From: Eledone cirrhosa
Taxonomy: Eukaryota
Direction of reading: 5' to 3'
Length of the DNA: 64,000 nt
NCBI GenBank assembly: GCA_964016885.1
Contig: OZ024766.1
Span: 13,020,001 to 13,084,000 of the forward strand
In this document: positions 1 to 13,084 of the stretch, piece by piece
How the letters are laid out: each line of letters opens with the position of its first letter
Numbering within the stretch: the stretch's first letter is position 1
Notes under the pieces: generated by a model
The model's input: the letters and a program-made list of their open reading frames with translations, nothing else
What the model was told of the DNA's origin: nothing
The model's database searches: none
Translations under genes and position numbers: made by a program

Positions 1-1475
1 GATGATGGGAGAATGACAGAAAGCCCAACATCCGAAGCATTAGCCTGATCATTTCGGTTTACTTTGTCACGTAGATTGCCGTATTCTTCTGAACGCAGTT
101 CCTTTTGATGATGTCTTATCCATTGGAGGCGTTCAGTGTCAATCTTAGCAAATATGTCTACACAGTATTGATTGAGGAGCATCCGTGTTCTATGCAGAAT
201 ATTGACGTCGTTTTTCACAAATGCATAAAATTCCATTTGTGAAATGGTTTTCCCTGGTGTAAGATGCATTAAACTTACAGGATTACACTTTTGCAAATCA
301 ATGCGGTAGCCATCGTCGCCAAAGGGGAACAGCAATGGATACTGGAGAGCATCATATGCGGGATGAAGTTCATTTATTTTTTGAAGATGCGAGTCCTGCC
401 ATTCAATAACAATATCACGGTTTGAAGCGCTCTGATTAGGACGTGTTATAATCACCGCAACTTCATCGGTTTGGGGTCTATTAAAGCAACCCTGATGTTG
501 CCCTGGTGGAGCGCGGTCATTTCGAATGACAACCTTGTATTGATTGTTGTTAGCATCTCTACGTTGTAAAGCAGTTTTGAAAATGATGATGTACGGGTTT
601 ATGGAATGAAGCATATATTGAAGGGGCTGCAGAAGAGAAGGTGTCGTTCCTTTAGCAACTGAAGCCCTTCGTGCAATTTCTTCAGGTCCGTTGCCCATAA
701 AGTAGATCTGGAGAAAACTGTGTTCTTTGCCATCTTGTGGAATAAGTGATTCTATTTGATGGTAAATTTGGCCTTGCACTTTAAATGTGGGCATATAATT
801 CCCATCTTTTATTGGTGTATGACCAAAGCTTGTCATTTGGAAAGCCGAATTGTAGGCTCTTATATTTCTGAAAAAGTGTTTAGAATCAGGGTGGTCTCCA
901 AGCAGCAAAGAATTCAAAGGTTCGGCACCGACTTGTAAATAAGGCAATCTAACCGTTCCCTTGGAGCAACATATACCGGTAGATTCCGCTGGCCACCTCA
1001 TTGCATTACAATGGACGCAAACAGTTGACATACTACCAATGATGATATGTGGATGGGATGCGTAGTCCTCTTGGGGGTTGTATTGAAAACCTTTGTTAGA
1101 CCAGTAACAGGAAGAATCCCTCGGAAAGACATAAGTACGCATTTTCCGTTGAGAATCAGCCGCAAGCCTTGTTGCCCTTTGGTCAACAGTCTCTAAAGCA
1201 CGGCTATTGGAATTAGAAGCAGCATTGCGAGCACGCCGGAGTTCTGCTTGTTCAGCTTTCTGTAATGCTCTGATGTTCAAAGTAGAAGCAGCATTGTGAG
1301 CACGCTGGAGTTCTGCTTGTTCAGTTGTTTGTAATGCTCTGGCGATCGAGGTAGAAGCAGCATTGCGAGCACGCCGTAGCACACATTGTTCTTCTGTTTC
1401 GCTTGCGCGCAAAGAACGCAAAGCAAAAGCATTTTTTGTTTTTTTTCCAATGTTACTCTTTCTTTTTCGAGGCAT
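1..1475 (-). CDS. Helitron RepHel protein, N-terminal ~490 codons, open to the window edge
   Basis: Manual translation from ATG 1475: MPRKRKSNIGKK..., CVHCNAMRWPAESTGICCSKG, YNSAFQMTSFG, FKVQGQIYH, HPAYDALQYPLLFPFGDDGY, QYCVDIFAKIDTERL, VILPS. These are typical Helitron N-terminal motifs. Absent from the ORF track, probably because there is no stop in the window. Confidence 0.9.
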   Translation of the reverse strand, partial: MPRKRKSNIGKKTKNAFALRSLRASETEEQCVLRRARNAASTSIARALQTTEQAELQRAHNAASTLNIRALQKAEQAELRRARNAASNSNSRALETVDQRATRLAADSQRKMRTYVFPRDSSCYWSNKGFQYNPQEDYASHPHIIIGSMSTVCVHCNAMRWPAESTGICCSKGTVRLPYLQVGAEPLNSLLLGDHPDSKHFFRNIRAYNSAFQMTSFGHTPIKDGNYMPTFKVQGQIYHQIESLIPQDGKEHSFLQIYFMGNGPEEIARRASVAKGTTPSLLQPLQYMLHSINPYIIIFKTALQRRDANNNQYKVVIRNDRAPPGQHQGCFNRPQTDEVAVIITRPNQSASNRDIVIEWQDSHLQKINELHPAYDALQYPLLFPFGDDGYRIDLQKCNPVSLMHLTPGKTISQMEFYAFVKNDVNILHRTRMLLNQYCVDIFAKIDTERLQWIRHHQKELRSEEYGNLRDKVNRNDQANASDVGLSVILPS

Positions 1476-2746
1476 TCTACCGAAAATATGTAATTGAATA
1501 AAGCTGATACAAATCAATTAAAAGAAATAAATAGTTGTGTACAATGTGTAAATTTTTGTAATAATAAGCAAGACGAAAAAGTATATTTTATCATCTGCTT
1601 TTTCTACACGGGAATTATATATTAGATTTTCATACTTACAAAATAATTTTGCTAATATCGTGTTTAGCAGTGTCGGTTGAGCAATGTGTAAATATTTGAT
1701 TAAAAACCAAAAGACAAACAGTAAATATATTTCAACCTCTGAATAAGTATTAAAGAAATGACGATTTTCACTTTGAAAATATGATTTATGACATCAAAAC
1801 TGCTTTAGAGTTTAATTTTTTGAATAAAAAGTATCGTCTGTTATTTCTTACAATTAACACATTTATACACACACACGCACACACATACGCACGTACACAC
1901 ACACACATACACACACAAACACACACAAACACACACACATACACACACACACACACACATACACACACAATCCCAAGACGTGACGTTGTGGAAGGGGGAG
2001 AGTTAAGTGTAATAAATAAGTTAAAATTATAAACACTGTATTTATCGCTAAAGTATCGTCTGTTATTTCTTACGATTAACACATTTATACACATACACAC
2101 ACACATGCACACACACACATGCACACACATACGCACGTACACACACACACAAACACACACACACACGTACACACATACGCACGTACACACACACTCAAAC
2201 ACACACACACACACACACGTACACACACAAACACACACACACATAATCCCAAGACGTGACGTTGTGGAAGGGGGAGAGTTAAGTCACACACACTCCTCTC
2301 TTTCTTTATTTTACTCTCTCTCTCTCTTTCACTCCTCTCTTTCTATCTCCTTCTCACACATCCTTCTCTCTCTGGTCGTTATGGAAATTACACACACACA
2401 CACATGCACGCACACATACACACACAAACACATACACACACATATACACACGCACATACACATACCATCCCATAACGTCGTGTTGTGGAAGGGGGACAGT
2501 TAAGAAGTGTGTAAAAGGAACGCTCTCTCTCTTTAATGGCCGTCATGGAATTTGTTAGTGCAAAAGCCTATAAGATTATAAAATCGAAGTTTGTGACTTC
2601 GAAATTAATCATTATGAAATAATTTTTTCTTTATGTTACAGACCGTAGCCTATTTTGGCTATGTGTTTAATTTGACAGAGATGGATGGAATATTTTCCAA
2701 GTGAAACACTTTTACACACACACAGAACGGGAATTATATATATAGA
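1..2746 (-). mobile_element. Helitron, 5' part (runs off window start)
   Basis: Minus-strand 5' terminus A|TCTATATATATAATTCCCG at 2746, a second similar terminus TCTAATATATAATTCCCG at 1626, and a RepHel N-terminal ORF downstream. Internal duplicated CA-rich unit at ~1828-2010 and ~2050-2285. Confidence 0.8.
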
Positions 2747-3511
2747 TTATTGTCATATTTCTGTCATTAAATGAGAGAAATAAGTCAAACTTAACTCAAA
2801 TTAGAGACATTTACATATTTCCACCATTTCTTTCTGTAGCGTCTATCTTATGACGTCACACCTTCCTCCTACTATCACTGTTGTTTACTCTTACTGCTAC
2901 TACCACTCTGTATGGATTTGTTTGTGTCTGTGTGTCCGTGTGTGTGTGTCTGTGTGACTGTCTGTGTGTGTGTGTGACTGTCTGTGTGTGTGGATGTGTG
3001 TGTCTGTCTGTGTGTCCGTGTGTGACTGTCTGTGTGTGTATGTGTGTTACTGTCTGTGTGTATATACGTGTGTATCGGTCTACGAATGTGTCTGTGTATG
3101 TATGTATGTGTCTGTGTGTGAGTATATATGTGTATCTTTCTATGTATTTCTGTGTGTATGTGTATCTGTCTACGTGTGTGTGTGTGTGTGAATTAATCTA
3201 TTTATTTAATACAAAAATTTAAGAAGGACGGGGGGGGGTTACAGATACGAATTTCTCACTCTCTCTTTCTCTCTCACTTTTCTTCCTCTCTCTCTCCCTC
3301 TTTTCTCCCCTCGCTCTCTATTTCTCCCTCTCTCTCACTCTTTTACTCTGTCTTACTCACTCTCTATTTACCGCTCTCACTCTCTCTTCCCCTCTCTCTC
3401 TCTCGTCTATTGTTAATTCTCTCCCCACACCTCCACTCGCCCCCTCTCTTACTACATACTCTCCCCTTCACTCTCACTCCCACCATATTTAATATATTTT
3501 TACATTTTCAG

Positions 3512-3858
3512 ATCAATCAAGGAGATAGAAGTGGGTTAACACCTTTACATCGGGCTGCAGTGTGGAGTGGGAGGGGGAGTGTTGCCATGGTAAAGCTATT
3601 GATAGCCGGGGGAGCTGACCTGAATATGAGGGATTGTTATGATAATACGCCTTTACATTGGGCTGTATATATGGGAGATACAGAGGTTGTGGCGGTGTTG
3701 CTGTCAAGGCCAGAAACAGACTTAAGTATTGTAAATGACGAAGGTCTGACAGCTTTAGAAGTGGCCAAACGTGGAGGACACCGAGCTATAATAGAGATGT
3801 TGGGGTCTCATGCCAGCCCTGTTCCAGGTGACAGAGCTGCAGGAGGAACAATGGAACA
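3512..3858 (+). CDS. Ankyrin-repeat exon of Ank-RING-Death-domain gene (internal exon, phase 0-2)
   Basis: Acceptor ttttcag|ATC and donor CA|gtaagt. Three ankyrin repeats: GLTPLHRAA...VKLLIAGGADLN, DNTPLHWAV...VLL, GLTALEVA. Confidence 0.9.
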
Positions 3859-4029
3859 GTAAGTTAACAATGATATGGAATATCAACATTTCTTTCTTTT
3901 ACTCAATAATCTCTGGTTTTTATTCAGCCATTAATGTCAAAATGCCACCATGGGGCCTCCTTATGTTGTCTCTTTAATGATGGGACTTAATACATATACT
4001 TACTGCTGTAAGTATTGTCTAAACAACAA

Positions 4030-7000
4030 CATGTACACACACACACACACACACACACACATGTGTACATACACACACACACACACATGTGTACATACAC
4101 ACACACACACACATGTGTACATACACACACACACACACACATGTGTACATACACACACACACACACATGTGTACATACACACACACACACACACACATGT
4201 GTACATACACACACACACATGTGTACATACACACACACACACACACACATGTGTACATACACACACACACACACACATGTGTACATACACACACACACAC
4301 ACACACATATGTAGATACACACACACACATATATATGTAGATACACACACACACACACACACACATATGTAGATATACACACACACACACACACATATGT
4401 AGATACACACACACACACATGTGTAGATACACACACACACACACACACATATGTAGATACACACACACACACACATATATATGTAGATACACACACACAC
4501 ACATATATGTAGATATACACACACACACACATATATGTAGATATACACACACATACACACATATGTAGATATACACACACATACACGCACATGTAGATAC
4601 ACACACACACACATATGTGCATACACACACACATATATGTAGATACACACACACACACACACACATATATGTATGTAGATACACACACACACATATGTAC
4701 ACACACACACACACATATATGTAGATACACACACACACACACATATATGTATGTAGATACACACACACACATATGTACACACACACACATATGTATGTAG
4801 ATACACACACACACACATATATATGTAGATATGTAGATACACACACACCCATATGTAGATACACACACACACACACATATATGTAGATATACACACACAC
4901 ACACATATGTAGATACACACACACACATATATGTAGATATACACACACACACATATGTAGATATACACACACACACATATATATGTAGATATACACACAC
5001 ACATATGTAGATACACACACACACATATATGTAGATACACAAACACATGTGGATACACACACACACACACACACATATATATGTAGATACACACACACAC
5101 ATATATGTAGATACACACACACATGTGGATACACGCACACACATATATATGTAGATACACACACACACACATATATGTAGATACACACACACACACACAC
5201 ATATATGTATGTAGATACACACACACACATATGTACACACACACATATATGTAGATACACACACACACACATATATGTATGTAGATACACACACACACAT
5301 ATGTACACACACACACAAATATATGTAGATACACACACACACACACATGTATGTAGATACACACACACACACACACATATATGTAGATATACACACACAC
5401 ACACATATATATGTAGATATACACACACACACACATATGTAGATACACACACACACATATGTAGATACACACACACACACACACATATGTAGATACACAC
5501 ACACATATATGTAGATACACACACACACATATGTAGATACACAAACACACATATATAGATACACACACACATATATGTAGATACACACACATATGTAGAT
5601 ACACACACACATATGTAGATACACACACACACATATGTAGATACACACACACACACATATATGTAGATACACACACACACATATATGTAGATATACACAC
5701 ATACACATATATATGTAGTTACACACACACACATATATGTAGATATACACACACACACATATGTAGATATACACACACACACATATATATGTAGATATAC
5801 ACACACACACATATGTAGATACACACACATATATGTAGATACACACACACATGTGGATACACACACACACATATATGTAGATACACACACACACACATGT
5901 GGATACACACACACACATATATATGTAGATACACACACACACATATGTAGATACACACACACACACATATATGTAGATACACACACACACACACACACAT
6001 ATATTATGTAGATACACACACACATGTACACACACACACACATATATGTAGATACACACACACACACACACATATATGTATGTAGATACACACACACATG
6101 TACACACACACACATATATGTAGATACACACACACACACACATATGTATGTAGATACACACACACACATATGTACACACACACACACATATATGTATGTA
6201 GATACACACACACACATATGTACACACACACACATATATATGTAGATACACACACACACATATGTACACACACACACACACACATATGCACACACACACA
6301 CACATATGTATGTAGATACACACACACACATATATATGTAGATATGTAGATACACACACACACACCCATATGTAGATACACACACACACACACACATATA
6401 TGTAGATATACACACACACACACATATATATGTAGATACACACACACACATATGTAGATACACACACACACATATGTAGATACACACACACACACACACA
6501 TATGTAGATACACACACACACATATATGTAGATATACACACACACACATATATATGTAGATACACACACACACACATATATGTAGATATACACACATACA
6601 CACATATATATGTAGATACACACACACATATATGTAGATACACACACACACACATATGTAGATACACACACACACACATATATATAGATACACACACATA
6701 CACATATGTAGATACACACACACACATATATGTAGATACACACACACACATATATGTAGATATACACACACACACATATGTATGTAGATACACACACACA
6801 CACATATATGTATGTAGATACACACACACACACATATATATGTAGATACACACACGCACACACATATATATGTAGATATACACACACACACATATGTAGA
6901 TACACACAGACACACACACACATATATACGTAGATACACACACACACATATGTAGACACACACACACACATGTAGATACACACACAGACACACACATACA

Positions 7001-7285
7001 TGTATGTAGATACACACACACACATATGTACACACACACACATATGTATGTAGATATGTAGATACACACACACACCCATATGTAGATACACACACACACA
7101 TATATATATATGTAGATACACACACACACACATATATGTAGATATACACACACACACACACATATATGTAGATACACACACACACACACATACATATATG
7201 TATATATGTAGATACACACACACATACACACATATATATGTAGATCACACACACACACATATATATATATATGTGTGTGTGTGTC

Positions 7286-7324
<39 letters not shown>

Positions 7325-7404
7325 ATCTACATATATATATATATGGGTGTGTGTGTGTATCTATATATATATATACATGTAGATACACACACATACACAC
7401 ACCC

Positions 7405-7435
<31 letters not shown>

Positions 7436-7545
7436 GATACACACACATATATATATATATACCTAGATACACACACACATATATATGTAGATACACACAC
7501 ACACACACATATATATATACACACACACACATATATATACACACA
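4030..7545. repeat. 3.5-kb compound microsatellite, (CA)n punctuated by ATGTAGAT/ATGTGTAC
   Basis: Directly visible; source of the >1000-aa CVY/HTY pseudo-ORFs. Confidence 0.97.
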
Positions 7546-7794
7546 GAAAGTGCAAGGAAATCCTGTTTCGTGTGTGAGAAACTATAGTAACTATCGTACC
7601 TACATTATAAACACTGGACATAGACTTCATTTCTAGCCTATATACATCTCTTAATTATATATACATGTGTAGATCTTTTTATATACACACACACGTAGAA
7701 TAGGAAAACAGAAAGAAAATATATTTTATTGATCTCCTTAACAAGTGTGTTATACTTAGACATATCTATTTGTTTACCTATTGTTGTATTGTAT

Positions 7795-8008
7795 GGATGG
7801 ACAGACAGAACATAATTACTATGGTGACCTCCATAGATGAGGGATGTGTAATAAAACTGTTCTCTGTCCCAAAATAGAAGATTGCCAGGAAAATCACGTC
7901 TGTCATCTATGTACCGAACCCAAGAACTATTTCCAAAATAGATTCAATGTGGTAAATGTCACGTTTCTCTCTGTCGTCAATGTGCCATAAACATTCCAAA
8001 GATCCCAG
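7795..8008 (+). pseudogene. Decayed Cys-rich RING-like exon in the intron of the ankyrin gene
   Basis: R*GMCNKTVLCPKIEDCQENHVCHLC, then in another frame IQCGKCHVSLCRQC; donor CAG|gtaaa at 8008. TGA at 7838-7840, a frameshift and no canonical phase-2 acceptor. Confidence 0.5.
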
Positions 8009-8289
8009 GTAAAAAAAAGAGACACCCTATTTCGATGATGGATGGATTCTAGGAAAAGGTGCAGCTACCAAATTGGTCCTTTCAGTCCCTGGCCTGTGTG
8101 TCTTCCTATACCATTGCTGTTGAACAACAACACAAACCAACTACCATGTCTTCCCCTACCATTCCTGTTGAAGAACATCAACAACAACAACAAAAATAGA
8201 CCCTCAATACAGAAGTTGTGGAAGTTTGACAACTGATTTCTGCTTTAAGCCAAGAAATAGCAGGAAAACAGTACAGACCCCATGACTTT

Positions 8290-8580
8290 CAGAAACATCT
8301 TTTCATGCTCAGAGTTACTGAAGCATGGAACCAACTACCTGCATCAGTTGTTAGCTGTCAGGACACTGCATCCTTTAACACCTCCATCCTTCCTGAAATG
8401 CTCCAACACTACACCTGATATCCTCACCTCCATACATGCGCGCATGTGTGTGTATATCATGACTCAATCACTGTTCACTTTCCTGATATTTCTACATTAC
8501 TCTATGTACAATACATGCACCTTTGATGAGTCGTAGTGCACCTGAGCATTGTACACAATAATTTTCATTATTATTATTGA
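8290..8580 (+). mobile_element. CR1/L2-like LINE 3' remnant
   Basis: WNQLPASVVSC..DTASF-like end with (ATT)n tail; same family as 40370-40922. Confidence 0.55.
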
Positions 8581-8981
8581 TTATGGATTGGCAGTATCAG
8601 TAGAGCGTCACACACCATGCTTTGCAGCATAGAGTTATGGCCCTGAACGTTCTGAGTTCAAATCCCACCTTTTATTATAAATCATCATCATCATCATCAT
8701 CATCATGAAAGGCACTGCTGATTTAATCATGGCACCAGCACTAGGGATGTTGTCATGTCTTTGAAACCACTACAGAATCCTCTCTATCCTTTGTTTGGAA
8801 AGTTTTGTATGACAGGAAGCCCTTCCTATTAGCAACCACATTACAGAGTGTACTGGTTGTATTTTATCATGTCACCAATACTAGAGAGGTTGTTGTACCC
8901 TTCTCTGTAAACTTGTATACAATGTAATATTTGGTGTAAATTAATGTTGTTGGTGAGTTGTATCTTTATTTTCTTTTACAG

Positions 8982-9178
8982 ATCTGTATGTCCCCCATGT
9001 AAGGTTAATAAAGCCACCAATACATCCACTCCATGTCAGATTAATAAAGCCACCAATACATCCACTCCATGTCAGATTAATAAAGCCAACAATACATCCA
9101 CTCTATGTCGAAAATGTTGTTCCACAATTGAACATTGTCCACAGTGTGGAATGAATGTATGTACGGTGGATGAATTTA
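8982..9178 (+). CDS. RING-like exon (IAP/Mind bomb-type spacing) of Ank-RING-Death gene (phase 2-1)
   Basis: Acceptor ttttacag|A and donor A|gtaagt. Translation VCPPCK...TPCQ...LCRKCCSTIEHCPQCG; phase matches the ankyrin exon (CA|A = Gln). Confidence 0.75.
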
Positions 9179-10656
9179 GTAAGTAATTATTTGATAATCT
9201 GTCTGTATATTTCCATTCATGACTTAGTGGTTAGTGTGTTTGTCTCATGATCATAAGGTTCTGAGTTCAATTCCCAGGAACATATTGTATCTTTGAGCAA
9301 GACACTTTATTTCATGTTACTTCAGTCTACTTAGATGGGAAAATGAGTTGTATTTGTAATTCAAAAGACCAGCTTTGTTTCATACTTTGTTATGCTGAAT
9401 CTCCCTGAGAATTATAATAATAGTGACCGTTATTGTTACTGTAATTCAATGGGCCAGCTATATCACATACAACATATCACTGAATCTCCCTTAGAATCAC
9501 GTTAAGAGAACATATGTCTGTGGAATACTCAGCCACTCTCACTATAATACAAGATGGACTGTACCTGTAATTAAAAGGACCAGCTTTGTCACACACTGTG
9601 CCATACTGATTCTCCCTGAGAATTACGCTATGGGTGTACATGTCTATGGAATACTCAGCCATTTGCACCTTAATTACATGAGTAAACTGTTCTGTTATTC
9701 AAACAATTGGAACACTCATTGTTAGAACTGACAGATGTCTAAAAGACAGGTGTAACTTCTACTTCCTCAAATTTTCAGGTAGTTGGCTTCTCCCGCTACT
9801 GATGTCCACTGTATTGATGGAGAGGTCAGCAAAGATTTGAGAAACTATGATTTATTTATATAAGGGGTCTGTAGGAGATAATTTATAATGTTGGGGTCAT
9901 TTCATGGATCCTTTTCAGATATTTTCACTGCATTAATGTAGAGATGACTTGTTAAAGGGAGCTAATGAGGATTTGTGTAAGTGTACAGTGTTTTAGGACA
10001 CCTGTTATCACTTTCCTTCTCACCTGTATAGAATAATCAGTGCTCACCGATAAGATCCTGTATCATTATGGAGGACACATGACATGTAAATATTTGTAAA
10101 TATTACATGAATCAGATGACATTCTGGTGAACACAGATGTGGTCAGTTTAAACTAAAGAGTGCCAACATCAACCTTTCTCAAGGAAAGCAGGTGTATCTA
10201 CTCCTATTTCATGTAGGCTATCATGAATTTGTGGCTAGGTCTTTGATAACCAGCGTGGCTGATATTAGAATTAAGAAGAAAATAAACAGAATATTTATTA
10301 GTAAAATACAGAGATGAGAGGACAGTGATGCTATATTGTAGATTTGGCATAAGTGAAAGACAAAGCTATGAGAAAAACAAATGTATAATCAGCTGATAGT
10401 GAAATGAGATAATTACCATAATGTAATATAAGATGTTTTTATAGATAGAAAATATTTATAAAGTTTAACATATTTTGTTGTGGGCCTAAATACTCAGATA
10501 TGACCTGATATAACAAGAGAAAATATTGACTAAAGCCATTGTGATCACTAGTTGACTTCTGATGATAGGAATGTCTGAAAATATAAAATATAGATTATAA
10601 ACAGGAATAGAAAATCTTTACATTAAAATGAAAAAAACTTGGAAATATTTTTTCAG

Positions 10657-10728
10657 GGTCTCAACAGATAAATGTGAAAGTCCTTTTAAAGGTAGCGAAA
10701 ACATTAGTGAGAGACTGGTTTAAAGTTG
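10657..10728 (+). CDS. Death domain exon 1 (phase 1-1, 72 nt)
   Basis: tttttcag|GG...GTTG|gtgagt; SQQINVKVLLKVAKTLVRDWFKVG matches death-domain helices 1-2. Confidence 0.8.
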
Positions 10729-11465
10729 GTGAGTATAAGATTACAGTATCTTGTTGATTTCTATAAAGTTTACTTTTAACTGAATTGGTAAAAATGAATA
10801 AATTAGAAGACACAATATAACTAATATTGTCTTCTAAAACAGGGAATAAAAATCTGTTGGTGTATTGGGGTAAACAAGTGAGTTAATGGGAATGTTTTTG
10901 TTTGTTTTTATTGAAACATATTCAATCTACAGATAGGTTGTTATTGTTATTTAGTCTCGGTTCTGCCATGATCTGCAGATTTATAATGGAGGGTGTTCCA
11001 GGTGTGACCACCCTACATTATTCCTAGAGATTGTTACTCCTTCATTCTTCAGTCATCTTGGTCTTATCAGATGGTGTAGTCTTATTGTTAAGGTTATGGT
11101 CTTCCTTTGTCCACACTCTCTACCAAACGCTTCCTTCTCTGGAAAAAGATTTAATATTCACAACCATCTGTCTATTTATTTTCTGATGAGAATAAAGTTA
11201 ATCTTGCTTGTATGTCTACCTGATCAAATGACTGGCTGATATCTTGAAGTCATTTACATCACAGAACTGTAGGGGTCTTGATCCCTCCAGCCATACCTCT
11301 AGCCATCATGTACTCCAAGAGAGCCACCTTGGTGCTACTCAACATGTCCATTAAATTTAGCTGCGAGGATGAGGAAATGTTTGTCACTTGTCATTGATGT
11401 CTTGGTAGATTTTAGGCAGAACCATGACTATTTCAGACACTGATCTTGTGATATTATTGAGGGGG

Positions 11466-11650
11466 TGGATTGGCAGTATCGGTAGAGGGTCGGACGCCAT
11501 GCTTTCCAGCATAGTTACGTCCCTTTACGATCTGAGTTCAAATCCCGCCGAGGTTGACTTTGCCTTTCATCCTTACGGGGTCGATAAAATAAAGTACCAG
11601 TAATGCACTGGGTAATTGCTGGCCTTGTGCCTAAAGTAGAAACAATTATT
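11466..11650 (+). mobile_element. tRNA-derived SINE family A
   Basis: A/B-box-like TGGCAGTATCGG...GAGTTCAAATCCC and core GCCTTTCATCCTTACGGGGTCGATAAAATAAAGTACCAG. Other copies at ~8586-8670, 14452-14640(-), 39800-39983, 55444-55630 and 56150-56322(-). Confidence 0.85.
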
Positions 11651-12032
11651 GAGGGGTCTTCAATCTCATCTTTAAACCTTTCCTATGGATGACATGTTGT
11701 GAATATTGGTTATCAATGTTGGATATTTAAATTCTGAACAAGTTCTGACAATACAAAAACTTCTGCCATTTCTTTGCCATAAATTTCTCAAGTCTATTTT
11801 CTTTAATCTTGTTCTTCTTTCTTCTCCTCACTTCAACTTCTTTATTTTTGTCGGTACCCTTGGAAACATACAACAATATTTTAGAATTTTTATATTAATT
11901 ATTTCTATTACTCTACAGCTAGTTACTTTGTTATTTACAACAACCTGTGGTATACATATTTTATATAACTAATCTGTTTAATGTTGTTATTGTTGTTGTA
12001 GTATTGGTTTCTTATTGTTTTATATTTTACAG

Positions 12033-12238
12033 GTATTCAATTAGAAGTTCCAGCTATTGAACTTGACAAAATCAATTGTAACAATCCTAATGATGTTGAC
12101 AAACAGGCTTCTCTAATGTTACTCAAATGGTGTGACATTAGTAAACCAGAAGAATGCACCATAGCCACTCTGGAAGAAGCTCTAAAGACAGTAGATTGTT
12201 TTGAGGCTCTTCGCTGCCTAGATTCAGAGGAAAACTAG
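12033..12238 (+). CDS. Death domain exon 2, terminal, stop TAG 12236-12238
   Basis: ttttacag|GT; IQLEVPAIELDKINCNNPNDVDKQASLMLLKWCDISKPEECTIATLEEALKTVDCFEALRCLDSEEN*. AATAAA hexamers near 12620. Confidence 0.85.
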
Positions 12239-12486
12239 TCTCTATCATCATCATCATCATCATCTTATATCTGTGTTCCATTCTAGCATTAGCTGGATAG
12301 CTTGTGTTGTCATGGAACGAGACCAGACATTGCTGGATGACGTTTTCAATGACAACCACTTTACAGAGTGGACGGGGTGCATTTTATTGTGGAACCCTCG
12401 TGACTACTTTACAGAGTGAACAAGGTGTATTTTATTGCGGCGGCAACTCTATCACTTTACACCACCACTTTATACCATTGTGTGTG

Positions 12487-12519
<33 letters not shown>

Positions 12520-12890
12520 ATGTATGTGTGTGTGTGTGTGGAAAAAAGGATGGAAAGAAAGAAAGCGTGAAAAAGAAGAATTACTTTTACCAAAAATATT
12601 GTTTATCACCAAATTATAAATAAATAAAATATTCTATTTTGGTAGATTCAGTCGTTTGTTAAATTTATTTGATTTATTTTGATATCTTGTATATATATAA
12701 TTAAGTAGTGTATATATTATTTCTGTATACACACACACAAAAATATACATACAAATATATGGAAAGTTATATTTAAAATTGTTGGGTTACAACTAGTAAA
12801 TATTTATAACTGATATAAAAGCACTCGACAAATATTTGGAGTATATTTACAATATTAAATAAATGGAAACCATATTTATAAAACCATATT

Positions 12891-12956
12891 TATTTCATTA
12901 TATATATTTCGGGGATATCATATTAACAATATGCTATGCCTTCCTCAGACAAAATA
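12891..12956 (-). ncRNA. Type I hammerhead ribozyme motif (degenerate base of stem II)
   Basis: Minus strand: tattttgt CTGAGGA aggcatagcatatt-gtt-aatatgatatcccc GAAA tatata TA atgaaata. Confidence 0.6.
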
Positions 12957-13084
12957 TAATATAAACAGTTTTATAGATAAATATATTCGACATACCGTTA
13001 TAACACCGACTTCCATTTGGAGAGGTTTACGCTAGCAGTCAAATATACAAATATACAATGATATACAAATATATATATATGTGT

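Noticed and set aside
3987-7260. 1080-aa and 1079-aa Cys/Val/Tyr-rich ORFs, and similar YI/HT ORFs at 29-38 kb and 58-59 kb
   Set aside because: Translations of CA/TA microsatellites, which lack stop codons in all frames; no real domain content.
9779-10190. Possible additional decayed exon(s) of the ankyrin gene (ttttcag acceptor, GHMTCKY-like piece, CAG|gt)
   Set aside because: Stops in all frames and no coherent domain; too weak to call.
10558-10590. CTGATGA...GAAA
   Set aside because: Stem II does not close; likely a chance match in AT-rich DNA.
11466-11550. tRNA-like A/B boxes here and at 43040 and 43368
   Set aside because: No full cloverleaf; multi-copy with SINE core and tail, so these are SINE heads rather than tRNA genes.
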